A program made the position numbers and the translations under genes. Below, piece by piece: positions 10,234-19,362 of a DNA stretch of 64,000 bases. The stretch comes from a virus (lineage: Duplodnaviria; Heunggongvirae; Uroviricota; Caudoviricetes). Every line of letters begins with the position of its first letter. Position 1 is the first letter of the stretch. The stretch lies in the IMG/VR virus record IMGVR_UViG_3300042908_000811, positions 1-64,000 of that record; one strand, written 5' to 3'. A model generated the notes under the pieces. The model searched no databases and had not been told where the DNA came from. It saw only the letters and a program-made list of their open reading frames with translations.

Positions 10234-11456
10234 GCGTTGAGAGGATGATAGGAAAAATGTCTTCCTAAGTTGTGTTCTTGCAAGAATTCTTCTACCTTAA
10301 GAGATCCATATAACGTAATGGTAGTTACAAAAAACAGTTGCATTAAGCGAGATAATTCGTAAGGCGTTATATCTTGTTTTGGTTCGTATACAATCCGAAA
10401 ATTCTTTGTATAGATATTCAAATCACTGATAGGAATATCAGCGGCAGATAGTCTATCACCATCATATTTTTCTTTTACTGTTTCAATCATTGTATGTGAT
10501 ACCTGTCAATAAGTTTATGATAAAAGTCCAATAAAGGACCACAAAGTTCTAACGGAGTTTCTTGGTAATGTTCTTGAAGTAATTCGTGAACATCTGTTAT
10601 GATTAGTTCAGCAAACTTTTCTTCATTGAATTCTGGATGAATACCTCCCCAACCATCATCAACAATAACAGTTGCTTTTTGTTTCAATTCTTCGAATATA
10701 TCAATCATAATCTATATTACTTAGTATTCGAAGTGTAATTCATTTTAAACAAAATAGAAAACAAAAAACTAATTCCCCACATTTGCAACCAACCAACTTC
10801 TTTCAAAATAGTTACCGCAGGAACCAAACAAGAATTCCAAAGTATCATTATAGGATAAGAAAGCAGAAAACTAAAAAATATAGCAACAACAAAAATTCCA
10901 ATTATATTTCCAATTATATTATGTATCATATATTTACCTAATTTAATTATAATCAACGTTCCAATGAAATTTACCCAAAATAAAACAAAATCGTGGAGAA
11001 TCGTACCAGAAAAATTCACAAGCAAAAAATGGTTTGCCTTTCCAAGTATTCCATCCGAAATAATGATTACCATCTTTCATAAGATAAAACATATCTTTCA
11101 ATGATATATTATCAGGATTAAGAATCAGTCTTGTCCATTACTCAATCGACTTTAAGATCATTCAACATATTTAATGACATAATCACATAAACATCATTCA
11201 ACCTTTTCAAGAAGTTTTTTTAATCTTTCATTTTCTTTTTTCAAATCAGTAAGATAATTGCCATATCCATTGGTTACGTGTCTACAAGATTCATTCAAAC
11301 AAATAAAATCTGCTGTTTCCCACAGAACTCCCAAAATTTGAAATTCTTTAGATTGCATGTTCTTTTTAGAAAATTTGTGCATCATTTCTGAAGGAGCAGA
11401 TACTTCCATTAATACCATTGCATTGGTAGAACCACCACATTTTTCACAATTAAACA

Positions 11457-11705
11457 TTATTCAACTCCAAAATGTTCTTTAATCTTTTCGCCTAACCATT
11501 CTCCGTGATAATCATTCTCAACCATTACAGATATACATTCTTGAATAATAAGGTTAGTGAATCTTTCGGAAAATGCAAATGGAATGTACATTCTATCTAA
11601 ATCGCCATATCTGTCTAACTGATCATCAAAACATTCAGTAATAGCAGATATGGTAAGTTTTTTAATTCTTTCGTTCACGGTAAGTTCTTTAATTCTTTCG
11701 TTCAT
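11457..11705 (-). CDS. small protein 82 aa, ...HFGVE family (paralogs 13301-13579, 18162-18386)
   Basis: shared IIQEC/VVQEC/IIEEC core and C-terminal FG(V/I)E/FGVDQ. Confidence 0.5.
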   Translation of the reverse strand: MNERIKELTVNERIKKLTISAITECFDDQLDRYGDLDRMYIPFAFSERFTNLIIQECISVMVENDYHGEWLGEKIKEHFGVE

Positions 11706-12042
11706 TCTTTAACCTATATCTATATGGAATTTCCTTATCAGACATTTTCTTTTCCTTTTCATAAGTCATATTGAATATGTCCTCTTTACAAAGATAATGC
11801 TCTCCTTTAACTCCTGTGATAATAAAATCTCCTTGGCTTACTTCACACCAACCTTCAAGAGTTTTTATTAACCCTTTCCCTTTATAGGAGTTTAAGCAGG
11901 TCGCCAATCCTGCATCAGTTGGATCAGAATATATTCGGTATCCTTCATCATACGCTTCGTGATAGTCAAGTACAGCATTGTGATCTCCGAACGAGAACCA
12001 TTGAACTGCGTCGATTTCTATAGGTTTCTTTATATATTTCAT
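11689..12042 (-). CDS. hypothetical 117 aa; paralog of 6975-7241
   Basis: MKYIKKPIEIDAVQW...TLEG..GDFIITGVKGEHYLCKEDIFNMTYEK. Confidence 0.55.
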   Translation of the reverse strand: MKYIKKPIEIDAVQWFSFGDHNAVLDYHEAYDEGYRIYSDPTDAGLATCLNSYKGKGLIKTLEGWCEVSQGDFIITGVKGEHYLCKEDIFNMTYEKEKKMSDKEIPYRYRLKNERKN

Positions 12043-12384
12043 AATATTACTCGAAAAAAGGGGAATTTATTCCCAAAGAAAACAAATTTGCTTGTTCATT
12101 TGTTTTCCAAATTTCTAACACAAGACTATTGTAAACGAACTCGCAGAAAAAGTCAAGTAGGAGCATCAACCTCAATTGCCCAATGTACTACTTTCCAATC
12201 GCCTAAACAATCTTCAAAAGTATAATTCTCGTCTACGTGGGCTTTTCCAAATTTAGCACACATCTTTTCATACCAAAACGGAAAATAATCTCTACGAATA
12301 TCTTCTTCCGATAAAACCTCTACGATATCAGTATTATTACTTTCATCAAACCAATTTATTTGAAAATACCGCATCTAATTTCCT

Positions 12385-12801
12385 TCAGTATCTATTGGTA
12401 AGTTGATTGCGAATATTACTCTCAAGAGTGAACATCTGATTCTGAAACATAGAGTTAATTGCCTTAACAAGACACGTTCCAATACCTTCTTGGACAGTAT
12501 TATGAATGATTTCATTTATTTCGCTTTCGTGTTCATAGATATATTGCTTGATGATTTCATCAACATTTGGTTGAAGCAATTCCTGAATCATCTGATGGAT
12601 CAACGGCGGTGTGATTTGTTTATTGTTATTATAATGTCCGGTGATGGTAACTTTCTCAGTGAAGAAAACTTCTTCTAGTCCACGATCAATTATCTTCTTT
12701 AGGTCATCGTCTGAAAGAAGATCACCTATAGACTCACGAATCCGAGTCTTTAATTTTTCTTCAAAAGTTTCATTAGTTTGAATTTCATTGCTCATTGTCA
12801 T
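12385..12801 (-). CDS. hypothetical protein 138 aa
   Basis: ORF track. Confidence 0.5.
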   Translation of the reverse strand: MTMSNEIQTNETFEEKLKTRIRESIGDLLSDDDLKKIIDRGLEEVFFTEKVTITGHYNNNKQITPPLIHQMIQELLQPNVDEIIKQYIYEHESEINEIIHNTVQEGIGTCLVKAINSMFQNQMFTLESNIRNQLTNRY

Positions 12802-12847
12802 TCATCTTCCTCATAATTATCATCATATTCAAAAATGTAATTTTTAT

Positions 12848-12918
12848 CTACATATATGTAGAGGTCTCGCGTACTATTAATAGTACGTTTAGAGGTCTCG
12901 CGTACTATTAATAGTACG
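12848..12918. promoter_or_regulatory. palindrome CTACATATATGTAG followed by 2 x 28-bp direct repeat AGAGGTCTCGCGTACTATTAATAGTACG, each with a perfect 16-bp palindrome GTACTATTAATAGTAC (operator-like)
   Basis: read directly in the 140-bp intergenic gap between two minus-strand genes. Confidence 0.5.
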
Positions 12919-12941
12919 AATTGTAGACCATCTACACCAAC

Positions 12942-13304
12942 TCATTTCTCAAACCACCGTATTTTTGAATTGGTTTTTTCGTATTCTTCTACGATTTGGT
13001 CAAGAGTCCATACTTCAGTCGTCTCAAACGTATCTAACCATTTTGAAAAAGTATACCAATCTTCTCCTCTCATAACTGGTAAACTTAATTCTTCACCATA
13101 GGGATAATCAGTGCCTCTAATATCAATTCTACCACCAAACCAATACACTTTTATCTTTTCGTAAGTATATTCATCACCTTTTTTTAAGTGTGGGAATACA
13201 ATAGAATCGCGTTCAAGAATTTTAGTAACAGTTTCTGTGAATCCATTATTTCTGAACCAATCCATAGAAAGCGGACCCATCATATTTGTACTATAAGTTA
13301 TCAT
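12942..13304 (-). CDS. hypothetical protein 120 aa
   Basis: ORF track. Confidence 0.5.
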   Translation of the reverse strand: MITYSTNMMGPLSMDWFRNNGFTETVTKILERDSIVFPHLKKGDEYTYEKIKVYWFGGRIDIRGTDYPYGEELSLPVMRGEDWYTFSKWLDTFETTEVWTLDQIVEEYEKTNSKIRWFEK

Positions 13305-13579
13305 TCAATACCAAAAGTTTCTTTGATGTCATCACGAATAGATTTCAGGGCATCATAGGTCCATTCACACGCCATTTCTCCTGCTGCACTATTGCCGCAA
13401 GGTATTCTATAGGTTTCAATCTTATCTATACATTCCTGTACGACAAGGTCGGTGAATTTTTCTAATTCTGAATCATACTGTGTGCTCCAATCAATAACGG
13501 CATCTTGCGGTTTCCATTCCTCGTCCCGCCAGAAAATGAAACCTGCCTTTTCTGCTAATTCTCTAGCTTTAGGATTCAT
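13301..13579 (-). CDS. small protein 92 aa, ...FGIE family
   Basis: MNPKARELAEKAGF...VVQECIDKI...ETFGIE. Confidence 0.5.
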   Translation of the reverse strand: MNPKARELAEKAGFIFWRDEEWKPQDAVIDWSTQYDSELEKFTDLVVQECIDKIETYRIPCGNSAAGEMACEWTYDALKSIRDDIKETFGIE

Positions 13580-14019
13580 TTTACCACCTTTATTTGATAA
13601 CCTAACAAAGATTCAATCTCTGCTACTGTTAATTCTTTTACTTTAGTGGTCTTCTTGAGAAATTCTTCTTCTGTATATTCTACACCATTCAAATACCAAC
13701 AGCGAGTACCATCAGAATATTCAATAGCGGGGCCATCTTCCCGATGAAGATCGCCATTCAAGTACCAATAACGACTGCCTTCATATGATTCAACAGCAGG
13801 ACCATCTTCTCGATGACACTTGCCATTCAAATACCAAGAACGAGTACCATCAGCATGTTCAAAAGCAGGACCATCTATCCGATGACGCTTGCCATTCAAA
13901 TACCAAGCACTAAGACCATTTGCATATTCAATAGCAGGACCATCTTCTCGGTGGTATTTGCCATTCAAATACCAACCACGGTCGCCATTATCAAAGACTT
14001 TTACAGTGTATTCAATCAT
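13576..14019 (-). CDS. MORN-like (WYLNG..HREDGPA) repeat protein, paralog 1 of 4
   Basis: approx 23-aa repeats GxxRxWYLNGxxHREDGPAxEY; C-terminus KELTVAEIESLLGYQIKVVK shared by all four. Confidence 0.65.
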   Translation of the reverse strand: MIEYTVKVFDNGDRGWYLNGKYHREDGPAIEYANGLSAWYLNGKRHRIDGPAFEHADGTRSWYLNGKCHREDGPAVESYEGSRYWYLNGDLHREDGPAIEYSDGTRCWYLNGVEYTEEEFLKKTTKVKELTVAEIESLLGYQIKVVK

Positions 14020-14321
14020 TTTACCACCTTTATCTGATAACCCAATAATGCTTCAATCTCTGCTACTGTTAATTCTTTAGCTTTAAGGGTTTTCTTGTTG
14101 AATTCTTTTTCTGTATATTCTTCGTCGTTCAGATACCAACGACGAGTACCATTAGTAAATTCCATAGCAGGACCATCTTCTCGGTGAAGTTTGCCATTCA
14201 AATACCACCAACGACTACCATTTGAATATTCAATAGCGGGACCATCTTCTCGATGCCGCTTGTCATTCAGATACCACCAACGATCACCATTATCAAAGAC
14301 TTTTACTGTATATTCAATCAT
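14016..14321 (-). CDS. MORN-like repeat protein, paralog 2 of 4
   Basis: same repeats and shared C-terminus; ATGA overlaps. Confidence 0.65.
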   Translation of the reverse strand: MIEYTVKVFDNGDRWWYLNDKRHREDGPAIEYSNGSRWWYLNGKLHREDGPAMEFTNGTRRWYLNDEEYTEKEFNKKTLKAKELTVAEIEALLGYQIKVVK

Positions 14322-14761
14322 TTGACCACCTTTACTGGATACCCTAATAACTCTTCGATTTCTGCTATTGTAAGTTCTTTTGCTTTGAAAGCCAACTTGA
14401 GAAATTCTTCTTCTGTATATTCTTCATCATTCAGATACCAATAACGATCACCATTTGCATATTCAATAGCAGGTCCATCTATCCGATGACGCCTGCCATT
14501 CAAATACCAACAACGAGTGCCATCAATATACTCACAAGCAGGACCATCTTCTCTATGGAGATTGCCATTCAAATACCAACAACGACTACCATCAATGTAC
14601 TCACAAGCAGGACCATCTTCTCGGTGACGATTGCCATTCAAGTACCAATAACGACTACCATCAGCATCTTCAATAGCGGGTCCATCTTCACGATGTCGCT
14701 TGTCATTCAGCCACCAATAACGAGTGCGATTGTCATCAACTTTTACTGTATATTCTATCAC
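14318..14761 (-). CDS. MORN-like repeat protein, paralog 3 of 4
   Basis: same repeats and shared C-terminus. Confidence 0.65.
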   Translation of the reverse strand: MIEYTVKVDDNRTRYWWLNDKRHREDGPAIEDADGSRYWYLNGNRHREDGPACEYIDGSRCWYLNGNLHREDGPACEYIDGTRCWYLNGRRHRIDGPAIEYANGDRYWYLNDEEYTEEEFLKLAFKAKELTIAEIEELLGYPVKVVK

Positions 14762-15078
14762 TTTACCACCTTTACTGCATAGCCCAACAAAGATTCAATT
14801 TCTGCTACTGTTAGTTCTTTTACTTTAGTGGTCTTCTTGATGAATTCTTCTTCAGTATATTCTTCATCATTCAACCACCACTCACGAGTGCCATTAGTAA
14901 ATTCACAAGCGGGACCATCTTCCCGATGGAGATTGCCATTCAAATACCAACAACGAGAACCATTGGCATATTCAATAGCAGCGCCATCTTCTCTATGCAA
15001 TTGACCATTTAAATACCAATAACGATTACCATTATCATTGACTTTTACCGTGTATTCGATCACTTCACCACCTTTCAT
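14758..15078 (-). CDS. MORN-like repeat protein, paralog 4 of 4
   Basis: same repeats and shared C-terminus. Confidence 0.65.
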   Translation of the reverse strand: MKGGEVIEYTVKVNDNGNRYWYLNGQLHREDGAAIEYANGSRCWYLNGNLHREDGPACEFTNGTREWWLNDEEYTEEEFIKKTTKVKELTVAEIESLLGYAVKVVK

Positions 15079-15119
15079 AATATTACTCGAAAAAGGGGGA
15101 ATTTATCCCCCTTAATGAA

Positions 15120-15986
15120 TTACTTTAGATTCAACATTGGGATAGAACTTGATCCCATAGTTGTTTGAGGTAGTTTGCCATCCCATCCCCTTGCAATTTC
15201 ATATTGAACTAATTGAGGACTAGTATTCAACGCTTTAGATTTAGCTTCGATAGCAGTTGCTTCAGCCTCGCCCTTAATTCGTACAGATTCTGCCTCTGCC
15301 CTTGCTACTGCTAGTTTAGATTCTGCTTCACCCTTTGCTTCTTCAATTTTCTTTTGTGCTTCCGCTTTCGCAGTTTGAATTTCGTTTTCTCTCAATAGTG
15401 CCTTTTGAGTTGCTTCTACCTTAGCGTTAATAGCAGCCCTAACAGAATCAGGCAATCTCAATTCACCAATCCAGTAAATTTGAGAGATAGTGAACAATTC
15501 CTTATTTTGTTCTCGTACAATATTTTCAACTTCCTTCATCAATTCCGCCTTGCCTTCGCCATATACATATTCAATTGATTTTGTCGAAGCAACAGAAACC
15601 AGAGCATCTCTTACTTGATTTCTAATGAAAGTATCTGTAATTTCGTCAATACCTCTTCGATAGGTTTGAAAGATATTAGCAACCTTATCAGGAAGAACAG
15701 CATAAGAAATACCAATATCAGCATTGACCGTTAATCCTTCCTTTGTTTGGAAAGAAAACGATTCCTTTTCGTTCCAAGTATAATTTTGTAGATATGTAGG
15801 GAACTTATAAAGTTCTTCGCCAAATCCAATGTAATATCTACCAACTGGTAATACTTGTTCGCTTACACCTTTATCCGTTCCATAAAGATCAATCTTTACA
15901 CCAACCGATCCAGCAGGAACTGAGGAGCAGTTCGACAGAAGAAGAATACCAATAACAACAAAAACGCCAATAACAAACTTAATCAT
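15120..15986 (-). CDS. SPFH/band-7 (stomatin/prohibitin-like) membrane-anchored protein
   Basis: N-terminal hydrophobic anchor with Cys (LLLSNCSS); SPFH-like core; Ala/Glu-rich coiled-coil C-terminus. Confidence 0.7.
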   Translation of the reverse strand: MIKFVIGVFVVIGILLLSNCSSVPAGSVGVKIDLYGTDKGVSEQVLPVGRYYIGFGEELYKFPTYLQNYTWNEKESFSFQTKEGLTVNADIGISYAVLPDKVANIFQTYRRGIDEITDTFIRNQVRDALVSVASTKSIEYVYGEGKAELMKEVENIVREQNKELFTISQIYWIGELRLPDSVRAAINAKVEATQKALLRENEIQTAKAEAQKKIEEAKGEAESKLAVARAEAESVRIKGEAEATAIEAKSKALNTSPQLVQYEIARGWDGKLPQTTMGSSSIPMLNLK

Positions 15987-16192
15987 TTTTCACCTTTTTC
16001 TTTAAAATAAACCCAAGCAACAAAAACAACGTGTCCTACAACAAGGAGAAACGCCCAAGTCATACCTAAAACAACATTAATAGTATTAGCAGAAGAAATC
16101 AAATCTGGTAGAGTGACCCTAAATGAGAAAAAATCTACCAACAAAATCAAAATACTAATGCCAAACCAACGCACAAACTTTTCAAAATTCAT
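15983..16192 (-). CDS. small two-helix membrane protein, possible SPFH partner
   Basis: 69 aa with two hydrophobic segments; ATGA-coupled upstream of the SPFH gene. Confidence 0.45.
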   Translation of the reverse strand: MNFEKFVRWFGISILILLVDFFSFRVTLPDLISSANTINVVLGMTWAFLLVVGHVVFVAWVYFKEKGEK

Positions 16193-16193
16193 C

Positions 16194-16868
16194 TTATTTC
16201 TCCTTTATCAAAAATTTGTTTGAGATCGCCTTAAAGGAAATGCTAGGGTTTTGAATACATTTAAATACCAATCCTTCTCGTTCAGTAATACTATTCAATT
16301 CAGATTTACCTTCGGCATATTTCAACAAGGACTCAATAGAATCAGATATGCCAACTTGTTCAAGAACTGGAACGTGTTTTAATTCTAACGACTCACACAA
16401 ATGCAATCTCTCAATAGAATTATAGTATTCTTGCTTATCAATATCATAGACATCAAAAACATAGAAATCCTGCCCAGAAATCTTGTATGGATTGCCTTGA
16501 ATCGAAGTTCCAATAACTTCTCCTTGAATAGCAATATTCTTTCCAAGTAACTTCAATTTAGATTCCAAATCATACTTCTGACACATTTTCCAGAAAGTGT
16601 TATCATCATTTGGTTTCAGATCCAAATTTCTTGAGCAGACACCGAAATCTCCATCATTATAATAGATGGTACAAGACGATCCGTCCAGCTTTTCTGAAAC
16701 TTCAAAATCATATTCTTTGAAAGATTCAAATTCGTCAACTAGATTTTGAATCCGAGGTTGATCGGTCTTACGAATGAAAGACGGAAACAATCCTTTTATT
16801 TCACCAGCAAGACAAGCAGGAATGGGTGGTTCGTATTTAATAATACCTAGAGGATAAGAAACATCCAA
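16194..16868 (-). CDS. RNA ligase nucleotidyltransferase domain (KxDG motif EKLDGSS); same frame as 16869-17207 across one TGA
   Basis: FEVSEKLDGSSCTIYY motif I; track start is TTG directly after the TGA with no RBS. Confidence 0.6.
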   Translation of the reverse strand: MDVSYPLGIIKYEPPIPACLAGEIKGLFPSFIRKTDQPRIQNLVDEFESFKEYDFEVSEKLDGSSCTIYYNDGDFGVCSRNLDLKPNDDNTFWKMCQKYDLESKLKLLGKNIAIQGEVIGTSIQGNPYKISGQDFYVFDVYDIDKQEYYNSIERLHLCESLELKHVPVLEQVGISDSIESLLKYAEGKSELNSITEREGLVFKCIQNPSISFKAISNKFLIKEK

Positions 16869-17207
16869 TCATTCAAATAACATACTATCTACATTATCTA
16901 ACAGACTTAACGGAAGTAGAAGACCTTGGGATAGAGTACCTCTCAAGCGAACGGTACGCAATCTTTCTCCCTTGATTCCCTCGTATTCTCTTGGTTCATT
17001 ACCTTTTGATAAGAAGGGAGCAATCTCAGTAGGAATAAAACTATCTATCTCGCAATAGATAACAAGATCACCGACGGCATATTTACCCACAGAATCTACA
17101 ACATTCCAACCTTGGATTTTATAAGAACAAATCCTATCAGCACCCTCAATAGGAACAACGTCAAGAACTTTTTGAATCGAAGCAAGTTTTCTCATTTTAG
17201 TCTCCAC
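16869..17207 (-). CDS. N-terminal OB-fold (PheRS/EMAP tRNA-binding-like) module of a DraRnl/Rnl5-type RNA ligase, ending in an in-frame TGA
   Basis: RKLASIQKVLDVVPIEGADRI...GDLVIYCEIDSFIP...LRGTLSQGLLL pattern; stop TGA at 16869-16871. Confidence 0.55.
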   Translation of the reverse strand: METKMRKLASIQKVLDVVPIEGADRICSYKIQGWNVVDSVGKYAVGDLVIYCEIDSFIPTEIAPFLSKGNEPREYEGIKGERLRTVRLRGTLSQGLLLPLSLLDNVDSMLFE

Positions 17208-17225
17208 TTTTTTAACTACAAGACT

Positions 17226-17254
17226 ATTGTAACTGAAGTTTAGAAAAAAGTCAA
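17226..17254 (-). promoter_or_regulatory. early promoter TTGACT-17-TACAAT plus AGTCTTGTAGTT leader
   Basis: minus strand GCTTGACTTTTTTCTAAACTTCAGTTACAATAGTCTTGTAGTTAAAAAAGTGGAGACTAAAATG. Confidence 0.6.
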
Positions 17255-17325
17255 GCGGTCATATTGCTGAATCTCAGCGCCTTCTGCCCAAGCGTGGATA
17301 GGGTCTGCATGTTTGGGTATTGTCA

Positions 17326-17547
17326 TTATTCTCTCTCAATTCTAATTTTCTTTCTTAACTCTAATGAAAAATTATACCCAGATTTTGGCGAGAAATCCTT
17401 TTCAAACATTTCCCCAAGTTTTCTCATAGCATCTAAAGCAAGTTCTTCTGATTCAAAATCTTCTAGGATAAACCTATAGCGTTCGTTATTTCGCAACAAC
17501 ACATTATATGGATCAACCTCAAAATAATATTCAGTATGAATTTTCAT
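17326..17547 (-). CDS. hypothetical protein (likely start MKIHTEYYF at 17547, TAATG overlap)
   Basis: ORF track 17326-17562; internal ATG overlaps upstream stop. Confidence 0.45.
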   Translation of the reverse strand: MKIHTEYYFEVDPYNVLLRNNERYRFILEDFESEELALDAMRKLGEMFEKDFSPKSGYNFSLELRKKIRIERE

Positions 17548-17708
17548 TATTCCACTTCCCATTCTTTAATAATAAATTGACCAGAATCATTTTTCTTTTC
17601 TTCTGGTAATTCATCGATATACTTTTGGGCTTTTTCTCTCGAATCAAAGACTCTATCATAAAAATCTTCAACAGAAAAATCTACATATACTACAACATAT
17701 ACTTTCAT
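17547..17708 (-). CDS. small protein 53 aa, MKVYVVVY.../RVFDSREKAQKYIDE family
   Basis: manual translation; below the 60-aa track cut-off; ATGA overlap with next copy. Confidence 0.45.
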   Translation of the reverse strand: MKVYVVVYVDFSVEDFYDRVFDSREKAQKYIDELPEEKKNDSGQFIIKEWEVE

Positions 17709-17866
17709 TCTACATCCTGTTCTTCAATGACAAAAGCATTCCAATCTTTAAAAAATTCTGGCATTTCGTCGATACATCTCTGAGCTTTTTCCCTTGAATC
17801 AAAAACGCCATAGACGCAATCCTCGTCCTCTATCCACTCCTCATAAACTACGGCATAGACTTTCAT
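17705..17866 (-). CDS. small protein 53 aa, MKVYAVVY.../GVFDSREKAQRCIDE family
   Basis: manual translation; tandem paralog of 17547-17708. Confidence 0.45.
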   Translation of the reverse strand: MKVYAVVYEEWIEDEDCVYGVFDSREKAQRCIDEMPEFFKDWNAFVIEEQDVE

Positions 17867-17910
17867 TGGTCATCGCCAAAATAATCAAACTCCATTTTTA
17901 ATCTTTTCGT

Positions 17911-18165
17911 TCATTTTTCAATACAAAAATGCTGTATAATCTCATCATCTGTTAGTTCGACTGCTTCCATTTCTAAAAATAGAGAAACGTCGTTACCAAT
18001 AAAGCGTTCTTGGCCAACTTCTGAATACTTTTTGGCGGAATAGAGCATACCTGCTCTAAACGCTTCTGCCACAATCAATTCAGCAATCTCAAAATATTCT
18101 TCTTCTGGAAGAATGCCAGTATCGTCACAAATCTTTTTTACAATATTAACGAGTTCGCTGTTCAT
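17911..18165 (-). CDS. hypothetical protein 84 aa
   Basis: ORF track. Confidence 0.5.
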   Translation of the reverse strand: MNSELVNIVKKICDDTGILPEEEYFEIAELIVAEAFRAGMLYSAKKYSEVGQERFIGNDVSLFLEMEAVELTDDEIIQHFCIEK

Positions 18166-18386
18166 TGGTCAACTCCAAAACGTAGTTTGATTTCTTCAGC
18201 AAATCCACGACCAACGAGGTCAATCATCCCTTTTCCTGCTGTGGCATTACTACACACACCAGCACATTCCTCAATAATCAATTCAGCAAATCTTTTAAAT
18301 TCCGGCATGTCCCAGTGACCAACACCGAACATATCAGGAAGATAACCTGCTTGTTTAGCAAGTTCTTTAATCTTTTCTTGATTCAT
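18162..18386 (-). CDS. small protein 74 aa, ...FGVDQ family
   Basis: MNQEKIKELAKQAGY...IIEECAG...RFGVDQ. Confidence 0.5.
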   Translation of the reverse strand: MNQEKIKELAKQAGYLPDMFGVGHWDMPEFKRFAELIIEECAGVCSNATAGKGMIDLVGRGFAEEIKLRFGVDQ

Positions 18387-18842
18387 CTTTTACTTCCCAA
18401 CACCAATGTACAGCAATTTTTCGTTCATTTTTGAACCCTCGGAATATCCTCTATTTCGTTTTTTCTGTTAGTTCGTCGAACACCTCGGATGCAAGAAGAT
18501 TTACTCTCCTGACAATGTCCTCGTAGGATTGCATATTCCCTTTTGGGAGACTGGTCCAGTTACGAATAACCCACAATGCGTGAAGAGCAGGATCTTTCGG
18601 TGGTTTGAACTCTGACATTTTGTACCTCGATTCCAACAGTTAAGTAGAAATATATTCTACTACAAAAAAAGAAAAAAGTCAAGGGGAACGGACACTAATC
18701 CATACTCCAATCCCAATGTACAACAATGAAATCATTTAAACAGTCCTCAAAACAGTAATGCGAATGTCTTCTTCGGATACAGTGGAAATCCATCCAGATT
18801 CACCATCAAATTCGTCGAAGGAATAATATCTCATTAGGTATT

Positions 18843-19157
18843 CTAAGTCAATCCCATTCCAGTAGCATCATATAATTGAGCGTAAATGGGAGAAGCATAT
18901 ACATCATTCTGATTGAATACATTGAAGAATTCTTGTGCTTCTTCCATTGTATCAAAAAAGAATAAACCTCCATTAAGATATTCATCTTTATCAATTTTTG
19001 GTTTCAATGATTCCAAAACAGACTCCCCGATATATGAATCATTGTCATCAAAAGTTAATCCATTATTAATGTAAACAGCAGGTTTGCCTTTTTGAGCAAC
19101 TGCTAGAGAATTGATAGCATTCCAATCAACGTATTCCGGTTTCATCTTTGTCTCCAC
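18843..19157 (-). CDS. hypothetical protein 104 aa
   Basis: ORF track. Confidence 0.5.
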   Translation of the reverse strand: METKMKPEYVDWNAINSLAVAQKGKPAVYINNGLTFDDNDSYIGESVLESLKPKIDKDEYLNGGLFFFDTMEEAQEFFNVFNQNDVYASPIYAQLYDATGMGLT

Positions 19158-19206
19158 GTTTTTTGAACCACAAGACTATTTTACTACAATTTCAGAAAAA
19201 GTCAAG

Positions 19207-19362
19207 TCAAAGAGAACTAACAAACTGACCAATATGGACTTCGTATTCCCTCGATTTCGGTATTTTGTTAAAATATTTTTGCGCTTCCTCAAGCGTCAAA
19301 AAATACTCTAACACCTGTTCAATTTTTTGACCACGCCAAAGTTTGTATACACAATATTCCAT
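19207..19362 (-). CDS. small protein 51 aa (MEYCVYKLWRGQKIEQVLEYF...) with own promoter at about 19380-19425
   Basis: manual translation; TTGACT-16-TACAAT and GGAGACAAAGATG upstream. Confidence 0.4.
   Translation of the reverse strand: MEYCVYKLWRGQKIEQVLEYFLTLEEAQKYFNKIPKSREYEVHIGQFVSSL

Noticed and set aside
13813-14782. Plus-strand ORFs 13813-14037, 13889-14080, 14253-14444, 14486-14782
   Set aside because: Antisense to the MORN-like repeat genes; periodic repeat DNA gives open frames on both strands.
16194-17207. Alternative genetic code (TGA = Trp) to explain the interrupted RNA ligase
   Set aside because: TGA is used as an ordinary stop by many neighbouring genes, including ATGA overlaps, so a genome-wide reassignment is unlikely; left as a local readthrough/pseudogene question.
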